Below, piece after piece: positions 1 to 8,558 of a stretch of DNA of 20,000 nucleotides. How positions within the stretch are numbered: the first letter of the stretch is position 1; every line of letters starts with the position of its first letter. The position numbers were made by a program, and so were the translations under genes. The DNA lies in the IMG/VR virus record IMGVR_UViG_3300015608_003726, one strand, 5' to 3'. Source of the stretch: an uncultured virus (IMG/VR IMGVR_UViG_3300015608_003726) (taxonomy: Duplodnaviria; Heunggongvirae; Uroviricota; Caudoviricetes). The notes beneath the pieces were generated by a model. That model searched no databases and had not been told where the DNA came from. It was given only the letters and a program-made list of their open reading frames with translations.

Positions 1-745
1 CTACATCTCTCGAAAAAGCCTGATCAAAATATCTTACTTTAATAGCAGTATAAGGAGAATCTGCTGCTACAGAAACGTCCGCAGCAGTAATCTTAAGATC
101 GTCTCCTGTAGATATAGGGAAACGATAGGCAATAGAGTCCATCGTAGTTACACCGATGTCGCTTAAGCTCGATTTTCCATAAAGTTGTTGATATTCTCTA
201 ACAAACAAATTAAATACAGTTCTTCTATCAAAATCAGATCCTTCGGCATAATTTCCGTCTCCGTCATCGTCTCTTAGTATCTGAACCGCCTGATTCACCT
301 GTCCCTGTAACTGAACGTTGGCAGCAGAACCTCCTGAAGATTGCTGGTAATAAATCTGATCGTTTGATTCTATTGTACCTAATCCTATAATACCTGCCCA
401 TTTTTGAGTAACACTTCCAGATATATTCTTAACTGTCCATCCAGCAGTTCTAATAAGGTATCTACTGTTATCAGAATTAAAATCCCATCCATCAATAAAT
501 TCAAATGATTCATCGGTAATAGGCGTCATAGGAAACGGGAATGCTGCTAAATTTTTACTATTAGGATCGTTACGCCATTCTTCTTTCAAAAAAGAATAAA
601 GACACTTAAGGGTAACTCCGTCAGTAGATAAGTTTCCTGTTTGATTTAATTTTATTGTTTTTGCTGCAGTATCTATAAAAACTTCTGTTGCTGTATTATT
701 GCTTGCGTGATCATTTAGATTATCAGGATCGGTAATTAATGCCAT
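1..745 (-). CDS. Partial (3' end runs off the window) probable virion structural protein, >248 aa
   Basis: Not in the ORF track because it has no stop in the window. Translated by hand from ATG at 745: MALITDPDNLNDH...DGVTLKCLYSFLKEEWRND...FPFPMTPITDESFEF..., open to position 1. SD-like TGGAG at 751-755. The structural role is inferred from context. Confidence 0.75.
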   Translation of the reverse strand, partial: MALITDPDNLNDHASNNTATEVFIDTAAKTIKLNQTGNLSTDGVTLKCLYSFLKEEWRNDPNSKNLAAFPFPMTPITDESFEFIDGWDFNSDNSRYLIRTAGWTVKNISGSVTQKWAGIIGLGTIESNDQIYYQQSSGGSAANVQLQGQVNQAVQILRDDDGDGNYAEGSDFDRRTVFNLFVREYQQLYGKSSLSDIGVTTMDSIAYRFPISTGDDLKITAADVSVAADSPYTAIKVRYFDQAFSRDV

Positions 746-755
746 ATAAACTCCA

Positions 756-900
756 ATGAATTACCCAACCACTAAAGATGGTTGGGTTTCTTCCTTCGCA
801 GAACCCCGCTTACTCAAGGTGTTCTCCAGAAGCTTTAATTCGGTGCGTTCCGCCCCTACATTATTATAATGCAATCCATACATCTTTATATTCTTTGCTG
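756..900 (-). ncRNA. Probable TnpB omegaRNA (reRNA) scaffold overlapping the tnpB 3' end
   Basis: It is established that the omegaRNA derives from the element right end and overlaps the tnpB 3' end. The right-end hairpin is seen at 763-787. The 5' limit given here is a guess. Confidence 0.55.
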
Positions 901-1972
901 CATTTATGTCTCGGTCATGCTTTGCATGACAACTATCACATTCCCACTCTCTTATATCTAAAGTCAAATCACTCTTTATCCAACCACAGTTAGAACATGT
1001 TTTACTACTAGGAACAAATCTTCCTATTCTAACTATATTCACACCTTTCCAAAGAGCTTTGTACTCTAGAAACTCATTGAACTTACTCCAACTACAATCT
1101 ACTATAGCTTGAGCTAATTTGTGATTCCTCACCATGTTTTCTACACTTAAATCCTCTAAACAGATAGTTTGATTCTCACTAACTAATTTAGAAGATAATT
1201 TATGCAGAAAATCAATCCTTAAATTATGAATGTGTTCATGCAGCTTTGCTACTCTAAGATTAGCTTTCTTTCTGTTGTTGCTCCCTTTCTGCTTCTTCGA
1301 AGCTTGTTTCTGTAGTTTCTTCAATCGATTCATATGGTTCCTAAGATACTTGGGATTAGAAACTTTTTCTCCGTTACTGGTTATTAAGAAATCCTTAATA
1401 CCCAAATCAACACCAATTGATGTTTCTTCACTTATCTTACACTTCTTAGGAATCTCTATCCCAGTATCTACTAGAATACTGATGAAATACTTCCCTGTTG
1501 GAGTTCTTGAAATGGTAGACGATTTAATAGTCCCTTCTGGTTTTCTGTCTACTATGAATTTAATGCCCTTTATCTTAGGTACTGAAACTCTCTGAGTCTC
1601 CCAATCAACCTTCGTATTCTGAGGAACAGAAAAAGACTGTTTTGAATAGTGTTTACTTTTGAATTTAGGAAAGCCTTTCTTTTCTCTGAAGAACCTTACG
1701 AAAGCATTATCCATATGTTCCAAAGCTGCTTGTAGTGATTGAGAGTTCACTTCCTTTAACCACTGAGTTTCTTCTGCCTTCTTCAGACCTGGAAGGTCTG
1801 CCTGGATTTGGAATCTAGATAATTTAGTTTGGTCTTGTGCATAAGCTTTAGTTTTCTTTTCTAGAGCATAGTTATAGATCCATCTACAGGAACCGATGTG
1901 TTTATTAATAATCTGTTCTTGGTCTTTGGTAGGATAGAGTCTGTATTTATAAGCTCTATATATTGTTTCCAT
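761..1972 (-). CDS. tnpB: RNA-guided endonuclease TnpB (IS200/IS605 OrfB)
   Basis: N-terminal RAYKYRLYPT HTH, GFPKFK, RuvC-I GVDLG, RuvC-II ICLEDL, Zn ribbon CSNC...CDSC, RuvC-III HDRDINAAKNI; 403 aa. Confidence 0.95.
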   Translation of the reverse strand: METIYRAYKYRLYPTKDQEQIINKHIGSCRWIYNYALEKKTKAYAQDQTKLSRFQIQADLPGLKKAEETQWLKEVNSQSLQAALEHMDNAFVRFFREKKGFPKFKSKHYSKQSFSVPQNTKVDWETQRVSVPKIKGIKFIVDRKPEGTIKSSTISRTPTGKYFISILVDTGIEIPKKCKISEETSIGVDLGIKDFLITSNGEKVSNPKYLRNHMNRLKKLQKQASKKQKGSNNRKKANLRVAKLHEHIHNLRIDFLHKLSSKLVSENQTICLEDLSVENMVRNHKLAQAIVDCSWSKFNEFLEYKALWKGVNIVRIGRFVPSSKTCSNCGWIKSDLTLDIREWECDSCHAKHDRDINAAKNIKMYGLHYNNVGAERTELKLLENTLSKRGSAKEETQPSLVVG

Positions 1973-2042
1973 GTATGTATATACTGAAACATTTTAGAGA
2001 ACTCATTTGAAAATTCTAAAAATATTTGTATAATTTACTGAA

Positions 2043-2089
2043 GAGCCAATTCATCCCCTACACTAAAGATGTAGGGGATTTCTTGGCTC
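2043..2089. repeat. Left-end compound hairpin of the IS element
   Basis: GAGCCAA-TTC-ATCCCCTACA-CTAAAGA-TGTAGGGGAT-TTC-TTGGCTC: a 7-bp outer stem and a 10-bp inner stem. Confidence 0.9.
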
Positions 2090-2115
2090 AATCCAATTAA
2101 AATCTATCTATAAAT

Positions 2116-2153
2116 ACAATTAATATTTATATTATTTCAATCAAAATACCTTT
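2116..2153 (-). promoter_or_regulatory. Candidate phage promoter, AAGG class
   Basis: Minus strand AAAGGTATTTTGATTGAAATAATATAAATATTAAT; the AGG-to-TATTAAT spacing is the same as in the motif at 3351-3386. Confidence 0.5.
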
Positions 2154-2179
2154 ATATCTACTATTGACAAAGAAAAATT

Positions 2180-2515
2180 TTACAATATAGTAATACTCGA
2201 AAGCCTCCCGTCTACATCATATTCAAATAATTTAGAAACATAAACTCCTGTTCCTATAATTTGATGTAATGTTCCATCTACATTATATTGTAATGTTTTT
2301 GTACCCTGAGCATCTGATATTAAATACAACTGACCATCTATATTATAAGAAAATGTTTTAGATAACTCAACAGATCCTCCAGAAACAGAAATAGTTCCAT
2401 TTTTCCATTTTTCTGAAGACAAATCATATATAAGTACATTATTATTTTGTAAACTACTAAAAGATACATCGCCAAGTTGACTAAGTTGATCTATTACTCT
2501 AATACCAGATATCAT
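2180..2515 (-). CDS. Small virion-type protein with a fibre-like motif and three YD/RHS-like repeats
   Basis: LSQLGDV...NNVLIYD....KWKN motif typical of phage fibre repeats, then FSYNIDGQL / LQYNVDGTL / FEYDVDGRL. SD-like AGGA upstream. Confidence 0.65.
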   Translation of the reverse strand: MISGIRVIDQLSQLGDVSFSSLQNNNVLIYDLSSEKWKNGTISVSGGSVELSKTFSYNIDGQLYLISDAQGTKTLQYNVDGTLHQIIGTGVYVSKLFEYDVDGRLSSITIL

Positions 2516-2560
2516 AAAATATCCTATTTATTTTAACGAACGTAAAACCCCATATCTTTA

Positions 2561-2601
2561 GAATTTGGATACAAGCGAGAATTGGAATACAAGCGAGAAT
2601 T
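2561..2601. repeat. Intergenic 18-bp tandem repeat (2 copies plus a partial third)
   Basis: GAATTTGGATACAAGCGA / GAATTGGAATACAAGCGA / GAATT. Confidence 0.9.
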
Positions 2602-2654
2602 TTTAACTTTTTCAGTAAACATTAGTCGATAATAAATAAATCTGAGAGAGGATG

Positions 2655-3350
2655 TCAATTTATCTTAATATTAGGAGATGGACCATATGTTCCATTACTT
2701 CCTATAGATGGGTTTTTTGCATTAATAACGATATTTGAAGATTTTGTTTGTTCTTGTATTTGTTTTAGTAATGTATTAAAATTTTCTAAATAGACAGCAT
2801 AAGAATTTAAAACTTCATACATTTTACCGATATCTTTTTGCACATCGTTTATTAAATCAGGAATGTCTGCGCATGGATTTTCAGATAATGTTCTATCTTT
2901 ATACTTCCAAACGTCTTCCGGAGAAACCTCATTTGTAATATCTCTTTTTGGATAATCCCAAATTTCTTTTGCTGATATTGTGTTATTAACTATTCCTAAC
3001 GTATTTGCAAACGGAGCAGTTTCCTCGCTTCCATTCCAGAAAAAAGGAATAGATCCTACTATTTCATCATTTTCTCTATCGTAGTTGCTACCAATTTTTT
3101 TTCTTATTTCTATTAAATAATATTTGTCCGACTGTACTGCTTCTAAATCTTTTTGAAAAGTATAATAATAAAAACCTATTCTTTCTTCATCTTCTTCTAA
3201 GTCTATAGCAAAATTTTCCTGTTCGCTCAAATCAAAAACGGCAAATGATTCTGAAGAAACATTCCATAAATATGATAAATCAGATGCTTTGTATAAATTT
3301 GCATACAAAGAAAGTCCAGTCTGATCGCTATATGTTATATCAAAAGCCAT
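2655..3350 (-). CDS. Hypothetical protein, probably virion-associated
   Basis: 231-aa ORF with a short internal repeat (SAKEIWDYPKRDIT / SPEDVWKYKDRTLS) and a likely helical C-terminal segment. Confidence 0.7.
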   Translation of the reverse strand: MAFDITYSDQTGLSLYANLYKASDLSYLWNVSSESFAVFDLSEQENFAIDLEEDEERIGFYYYTFQKDLEAVQSDKYYLIEIRKKIGSNYDRENDEIVGSIPFFWNGSEETAPFANTLGIVNNTISAKEIWDYPKRDITNEVSPEDVWKYKDRTLSENPCADIPDLINDVQKDIGKMYEVLNSYAVYLENFNTLLKQIQEQTKSSNIVINAKNPSIGSNGTYGPSPNIKIN

Positions 3351-3386
3351 ATATTAATATATACCAAAAAATCAAGCAAAAACCTT
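3351..3386 (-). promoter_or_regulatory. Candidate phage promoter, AAGG class, leaderless
   Basis: Minus strand AAGGTTTTTGCTTGATTTTTTGGTATATATTAATAT-ATG; the A of AGG (3385) is 35 nt before the ATG (3350); no SD. Confidence 0.55.
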
Positions 3387-3391
3387 GTTTT

Positions 3392-6300
3392 TTAACTGTA
3401 ATAAAGAATCCATTTTGTTGTGCCATTTATCTCAACTCTAATTGCTCCGTCGTTAGTCCACGTTGTTGACGTAGATACATTTGTTGTTTTGTCTGCGGCA
3501 GAATCTCCTCTAAAATCTATAAAAGGAGTTGTTGCGTTCGTGCCTTCTGTGCAATCAATTTCTAAAGCTTGATTTCCGCTCGCTCCTGCATTAGCAACAA
3601 GTCTTAATACTTGCGTTGAATTAGGATTTAAATCAGCAGTCAATGATTCGCCAGTAGCCATAACAGTAAGTCCGTCTTCAACTAACAAAGAAATCCTGCA
3701 TGTCAGTGTTGCGTTTGTTCCTGCAACAGGAGCTCCTGTTATTGAAACATTTATTGCATTCGTCACTGTTGAAGCCGATGCAAAAGCATACGTTGGAGCA
3801 GTAATTCTATATGCTCTTTGGGTGCTAATTGCTCCTGCTGCCCATGTATATGTCTGAGCATTGTCAAAAGTAACCTGAGAAGCCTCTGTTGATGCAGTAA
3901 GAGAAGAAACAGCAGTTCCTGTGTAATAAAATTGAGGACTTGCCGAGTTGTGCCCAGAAAGCCTTAGTTTTTGAGAGTTTGCAGAGGCGAAGTATATTGT
4001 GCTTGTTCCTCCATGATACATACCTGCCTGAGTACCATTCGTAAAAGAATAAGAAGGCGCAGATGCAGAACCGTCTGCCATTCTAAAAGGCAAATCTCCC
4101 CTCAGTATAGTTGTGGATATCTGGAACCTAACAGTGCCGCTTGTTGCGAATCCTAATGTATTTGCTGTAGCTAAATACATACCAGCATTTGTTGTTCCGC
4201 TAAAAGAAAATGCAGGTGCAGAAACCGAACCATCTGCAGTCCTATTTGGTAAAGTTGTAATAATATCAGTAGAACCATTTATATACATCCTTCTCGTTCC
4301 TGCAGTTGAGAAGTTTAAAATATTTGTTGCTGTATAATAGATTCCGGTTGAAGAATCTGTAGAAAAAGAATATGCAGGATTTGCCGCAGAACCATCTAAA
4401 TTAAGAATTTGTGTTATAGATGTCAATGTAAGAGATGTTGAGCTAATTGATAATCTTTTTGTTCCGCCTGTCGATATAGCAAAACTATCAGATGCATCGG
4501 AATATATTCCGGTATTTGTGTCTGTCGTAAAACAAATAGAAGGTAAAGAATTACTTCCAGATGGTACAGATGTTTGTCCGCTCTGAACATATAAAGCAAA
4601 AGCATTCGTTATTGTTACATTTGTTCCTGCAGCAGGTGCATCGGATATTGAAAGCGTAGCTGCTGTTGTTATTGTTTGAGTTGCAGACGAAGCGCTATAC
4701 GTAGCAGATAATATCGCAACAGATCTTTGAAGAGCAATAGTTCCGCCAGTTGTAAATTGAACTGTTCTTCCTAAATTAAAATATACATCGCTCGTTTCGC
4801 CTGCCGTTAAAGTAGTATGAGCAGGACCAGTAAGAGATATGAGGTTTGGATTACCAGATGTTTTAACAGGAGGAGTAAGTGTTAAATTTCCTGAAACCGT
4901 AAGAAGTTTGCTGGTTTTATTCCAAGTAAAATCAGAACTACCTCCAAAAGAACTACTATCATTAAATTGAACATTAGTATCCGATCCACCAGGAGATCCA
5001 GATGAAGCAGCAACAGAAAGACCAACGTCTCTCCATCTTGAATTTGTACTATCATAAGCTAATATTAAAGCTTCTCTTTGCGCAAGAATTATATCTGATC
5101 CGCTTCTGGTTGCTATTCTATTTGCAGCAGTGGATGATGCGCTTTCGTTTGAAATTGTAAAACTATTAGAACCAACGTTGACTATTTGAATTAGTCTTCC
5201 TGCCCAGCCGCCAGCAAATCCTGTTAAAGACAAAGAAGTATTTGTAGCAGTAAGGCTTATAAAAGATTGATTTCCTATAGCATAATCATTTTGACTTGCA
5301 GCAAAAGACAAATCGTTAACATTTAATATATCAATATAGCCAGTCAAATTCGGTAGAGTAGCAGTATATGCGCTTGCAGGAGAAGATGTTGTTATAGAAA
5401 CTCTTGCAGAAGAAGTTCCTAACTGTATATATGAAGCAGAAGAAGAGTTTGTGAGAATGGCTCCTCCTCCGTCTGACGTGTTTATTGATCCTCCAGCAGA
5501 AGTTCCTCCAAATGTGCTAATAGAGCCGCCAGTAGCAGAAACAGAAGATCCTCCATACGTACGAATAGAGCCGCCAGTAGTACCAGAAGCATTTCCTCCA
5601 TATGTACTAATCGAACCTCCAGCGGCAGACCCTCCAGACCCTCCGTGAGTGTCAATTGATCCGCCATTCTGAGCAGTAGTACTTCCGTATGTGCTTAAAG
5701 AACCAGCATTACCGCCTGCTGTTATTAAAGAGGCATTTCCGCCATACATATTTATAGTTCCGCCAGTTCCTCCCGTTCTAGCTCCGGAGTTTCCGCCAGT
5801 TCCTCCTCTTAAAACTAGCGAACCTGCATCTCCGCCAACACCAGCAGATCCTCCATCTCCGCCGTAAATACTTACAGAACCACCGGCTCCTCCTCCTGCG
5901 GTTCCTGCTCCTCCATAAGTATATATATTACCAGCATTTGCAGAAGAGCTTGATCCTATATTGATAATACCAGATGTTTTTCCGGAGTTGTAATCGCATC
6001 GAAAATAACCAACACCAGAATCGCTAGGATAAGCATTAAAATATAAATAACTATCTATTCTGCTATAGTAAACTGCAGAAGAAGTATTGTATCCTACTTC
6101 AAACTTTTTTGTTCCATCGTTTTGTTGAACAGAAAATATAGCCGTAGATGTTGTCATGGAAGATGGTGCTTTTAATACTAAAGATGAAACATCAGCCGCT
6201 CCAGGAACAATTATATTTCTAGAAGAAGATAAAGGAGTAGAAACTATTAAAGAAGTCCACCCAGAAGATCCTGCTCCGTCCTCTTTTACGTATAAAGCAG

Positions 6301-6433
6301 GCTCATCATCTGATCTTAAATACAAACTCCCTATAACAGAAGAAATAGAACCTTCAGGGCTTCCGCTTCCCCAAGTTAAATCTATATCCTCGGAACCAAA
6401 TTTTAAAGGTACAAAAAACTGTCTTTCTGACAT
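3392..6433 (-). CDS. Large fibre/tail-fibre-like structural protein, 1013 aa
   Basis: Very S/T/G/A-rich. Contains GSGSPEG...GSLYLRSD at the N-terminus, GGSISTYGG-type repeats, PGGSDTNVQFND...FTWN, and four GSxxxPxxxFxxxTxxG(I/M)Y repeats, all of which are typical of phage fibres. Confidence 0.8.
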   Translation of the reverse strand: MSERQFFVPLKFGSEDIDLTWGSGSPEGSISSVIGSLYLRSDDEPALYVKEDGAGSSGWTSLIVSTPLSSSRNIIVPGAADVSSLVLKAPSSMTTSTAIFSVQQNDGTKKFEVGYNTSSAVYYSRIDSYLYFNAYPSDSGVGYFRCDYNSGKTSGIINIGSSSSANAGNIYTYGGAGTAGGGAGGSVSIYGGDGGSAGVGGDAGSLVLRGGTGGNSGARTGGTGGTINMYGGNASLITAGGNAGSLSTYGSTTAQNGGSIDTHGGSGGSAAGGSISTYGGNASGTTGGSIRTYGGSSVSATGGSISTFGGTSAGGSINTSDGGGAILTNSSSASYIQLGTSSARVSITTSSPASAYTATLPNLTGYIDILNVNDLSFAASQNDYAIGNQSFISLTATNTSLSLTGFAGGWAGRLIQIVNVGSNSFTISNESASSTAANRIATRSGSDIILAQREALILAYDSTNSRWRDVGLSVAASSGSPGGSDTNVQFNDSSSFGGSSDFTWNKTSKLLTVSGNLTLTPPVKTSGNPNLISLTGPAHTTLTAGETSDVYFNLGRTVQFTTGGTIALQRSVAILSATYSASSATQTITTAATLSISDAPAAGTNVTITNAFALYVQSGQTSVPSGSNSLPSICFTTDTNTGIYSDASDSFAISTGGTKRLSISSTSLTLTSITQILNLDGSAANPAYSFSTDSSTGIYYTATNILNFSTAGTRRMYINGSTDIITTLPNRTADGSVSAPAFSFSGTTNAGMYLATANTLGFATSGTVRFQISTTILRGDLPFRMADGSASAPSYSFTNGTQAGMYHGGTSTIYFASANSQKLRLSGHNSASPQFYYTGTAVSSLTASTEASQVTFDNAQTYTWAAGAISTQRAYRITAPTYAFASASTVTNAINVSITGAPVAGTNATLTCRISLLVEDGLTVMATGESLTADLNPNSTQVLRLVANAGASGNQALEIDCTEGTNATTPFIDFRGDSAADKTTNVSTSTTWTNDGAIRVEINGTTKWILYYS

Positions 6434-6439
6434 AATATT

Positions 6440-8545
6440 TTATCCAACAACAACAACTCTATAAGACGTTCCCATTCCTACATTCGTCTTAAATCCTATT
6501 GTAACTGTATTTGATGTATCGTTAATTATTTGAGGTTCTATTTTTAGACCGGCCATATTAAAAACTTGAACAACAACATCTGTTGTTTTCATATTATGAG
6601 TAATTACAAAAGAAGAAGTACCTCCGTCTCCTGTTATGGTTTCAGCGTACTTCCTTCCCATCGTCCATACCGTAGATCCATCATCTACCATCCAATCTTC
6701 AGGACCTTCGCTAAATGTTAGTCTAGCATTATCAGCAGATCCATCTAATCCTCTTTCAACTTCTATACCTGCATCCCTTACGAGTCCTCCGCTGTTAACA
6801 ACAACAAAATTATCTTCTATTGTTACAACAGAAGTGTTAACGGTTAAAGTGTCCCCATCTACAATTAAGTCTCCAGATATATATACATCTCCATCATATC
6901 CAACTGTTAGTAAACTTCCAGAACCAGAATTCTGTACTTCAAATATGTTTTTAGACTGAGATGCATTTCCTCTTACAATAAGTCCTTTTGAATCGTTTGA
7001 TGGTTGTATTATGTTTCTCGTATCAGATGATGGAGCATTATATATATATTGCGTATGGTCGTCGTCTGATAATCCTGAAAATGTTCCATGATCAGGATTT
7101 GCCCAGATAGGAAGATTACTTATATTTACTGTCAAAACCTGGTTAGGAGAACCAACCCCAAGTCTTACATTATGACTTGAATTATAATAAATTAAATCTC
7201 CGTCTGTTGTTAAAGGAGAAAGATTGTCAAAAGCAGTTGTTTTATTTGAAGCTCCTGTTCCTCCTCTTGAAATAGCAAGAGTTCCACTCCACCCCATCGT
7301 TAACGTATATGCTCCATTCGTATTGCCAATAGTCATAGTTACATTTGTATCATCGCTTTTGGCAATAGAAAAAACAGCATTTGTCCACTCTAGAGTACCA
7401 GATCCGTCTCCGTCTTTTAATATTTGATGAGAAGATCCAATAGCTGCCGGAAAAGTTAATGTGTAATTGGATGTCGTAGTAGCAGTAGCTTTAAGCGCAA
7501 CATAATTACTATTATCTGAATCATATAGCCTTATAGCTTTCTGACCTCTTACATAAAAATTTACTTTTGTTAAAACATGATTATCAGAAGAATCTGCGAC
7601 CACCTGAAAATATGATAAAGAAGATTGTCCTTGAACGTCTAAAATTACTGTTGTAGATATTATACCTGATGGAACAGCCAGAGTAAGAGGAGTAACAGAA
7701 GTAGTAGATCCGGTTATGGTATTTCTTGCTGTTGATGTTGGTGTTTTTATAACATATTGCGTGTGATCATCGTCGGCAAGTCCGCCTAAAGAACCATGAT
7801 CAATACCTGAAGCATTTGCAGCAATCGTAATCGATCCTGCTCCATTTGTTATAGTTATTCCGCTTCCTTGAGTAAGCGTTGCTCCTACAGGCGTAGCCCC
7901 TGTAGAACCTATTACTATTTTTCCGTCAGTCAAAGCAACCCAGGAAGGAACTCCAAGATTAGAAGAAACTAAAGCAGAAGAATTTGTTACCGTTAATCCT
8001 GCTATAACATTTGCAGAAGAAGCATAAAGTAAATCCCCTGATGATACCGTATCAGGATATGTAGCAGTTGACCATGAAGGCAGAGAAGAAGAACCAGCTC
8101 CTCTTAATATTACGCCAGAAGTTGCGCTAGGAGATACTGATTGCAAAGCAGAAGTAGACGTTGTTCCTCCAAAGATAACACCATAAGCATTAAAGGAACC
8201 TACACCAGTACCTCCATCGGAAACAGATACGTCTGAATTCCCATTGAATCTATTTGCGTCTATAGTTCCAGTTCCGGTTGTACCTAAAGAAGATCCATTT
8301 CCCACTGTCATTGTAGCAGAAGTATTGGTTCCTGAACTTATAGAAGAAAACGCAGTAGAACCGCCAGCAACTAGTTCAACCCACGAAGAAGCATCATCGT
8401 CATAAATTTTTAATCGTTGAGATACTGTGTTAAAATAAATTTGCCCTTCTACACCAGAAGGGTCTGATGACAATTTATGAATAACAGCATTTTGTATTTC
8501 GCTGTCATTCATATCTATATCTACAAAAAAATCTCTCTTAGCCAA
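6440..8545 (-). CDS. Fibre/tail-fibre-like structural protein, 701 aa (TTG start)
   Basis: N-terminal SDPSGVEGQIYFNT, repeated xxxGGTG motifs, two DHGxxxGLxDDDHTQY motifs, GDLIVDGDTLTVNT...IEDNFVVVN...AGIEVERG block, C-terminal ITHNM...VVVQVF domain. Purine-rich AAGAGAGAA precedes the TTG. Confidence 0.8.
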   Translation of the reverse strand: MAKRDFFVDIDMNDSEIQNAVIHKLSSDPSGVEGQIYFNTVSQRLKIYDDDASSWVELVAGGSTAFSSISSGTNTSATMTVGNGSSLGTTGTGTIDANRFNGNSDVSVSDGGTGVGSFNAYGVIFGGTTSTSALQSVSPSATSGVILRGAGSSSLPSWSTATYPDTVSSGDLLYASSANVIAGLTVTNSSALVSSNLGVPSWVALTDGKIVIGSTGATPVGATLTQGSGITITNGAGSITIAANASGIDHGSLGGLADDDHTQYVIKTPTSTARNTITGSTTSVTPLTLAVPSGIISTTVILDVQGQSSLSYFQVVADSSDNHVLTKVNFYVRGQKAIRLYDSDNSNYVALKATATTTSNYTLTFPAAIGSSHQILKDGDGSGTLEWTNAVFSIAKSDDTNVTMTIGNTNGAYTLTMGWSGTLAISRGGTGASNKTTAFDNLSPLTTDGDLIYYNSSHNVRLGVGSPNQVLTVNISNLPIWANPDHGTFSGLSDDDHTQYIYNAPSSDTRNIIQPSNDSKGLIVRGNASQSKNIFEVQNSGSGSLLTVGYDGDVYISGDLIVDGDTLTVNTSVVTIEDNFVVVNSGGLVRDAGIEVERGLDGSADNARLTFSEGPEDWMVDDGSTVWTMGRKYAETITGDGGTSSFVITHNMKTTDVVVQVFNMAGLKIEPQIINDTSNTVTIGFKTNVGMGTSYRVVVVG

Positions 8546-8558
8546 TATTATTCTCTCT

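Larger units (their letters stand above)
756..2095 (-). mobile_element. tnpB-only (IS1341-like) IS200/IS605-family element
   Basis: tnpB is flanked by two subterminal hairpins with the same 7-nt loop (plus strand CTAAAGA): ACCCAACCA/TGGTTGGGT at 763-787 and ATCCCCTACA/TGTAGGGGAT at 2053-2079. The minus-strand right end reads GAAA-hairpin-AATTCAT. No tnpA is present. The left boundary is uncertain by about 5 nt (2090-2095). Confidence 0.85.

Noticed and set aside
761..1972. TnpB considered as Cas12f or a catalytically dead TldR
   Set aside because: There is no CRISPR array nearby, IS-type hairpin ends are present and all three RuvC acidic residues are intact.
1973..2095. IStron (group I intron plus IS)
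   Set aside because: Only about 120 nt lie between the left end and tnpB, too little for a group I ribozyme, and the insertion is outside a coding sequence.
2561..2601. Direct repeat considered as a mini-CRISPR array
   Set aside because: The units are adjacent with no spacers and are only 18 bp long.
2652..2738. 28-codon plus-strand ORF after GAGAGAGG
   Set aside because: The SD spacing is too short, the ORF is almost wholly antisense to the 231-aa gene and the peptide has no recognisable features.
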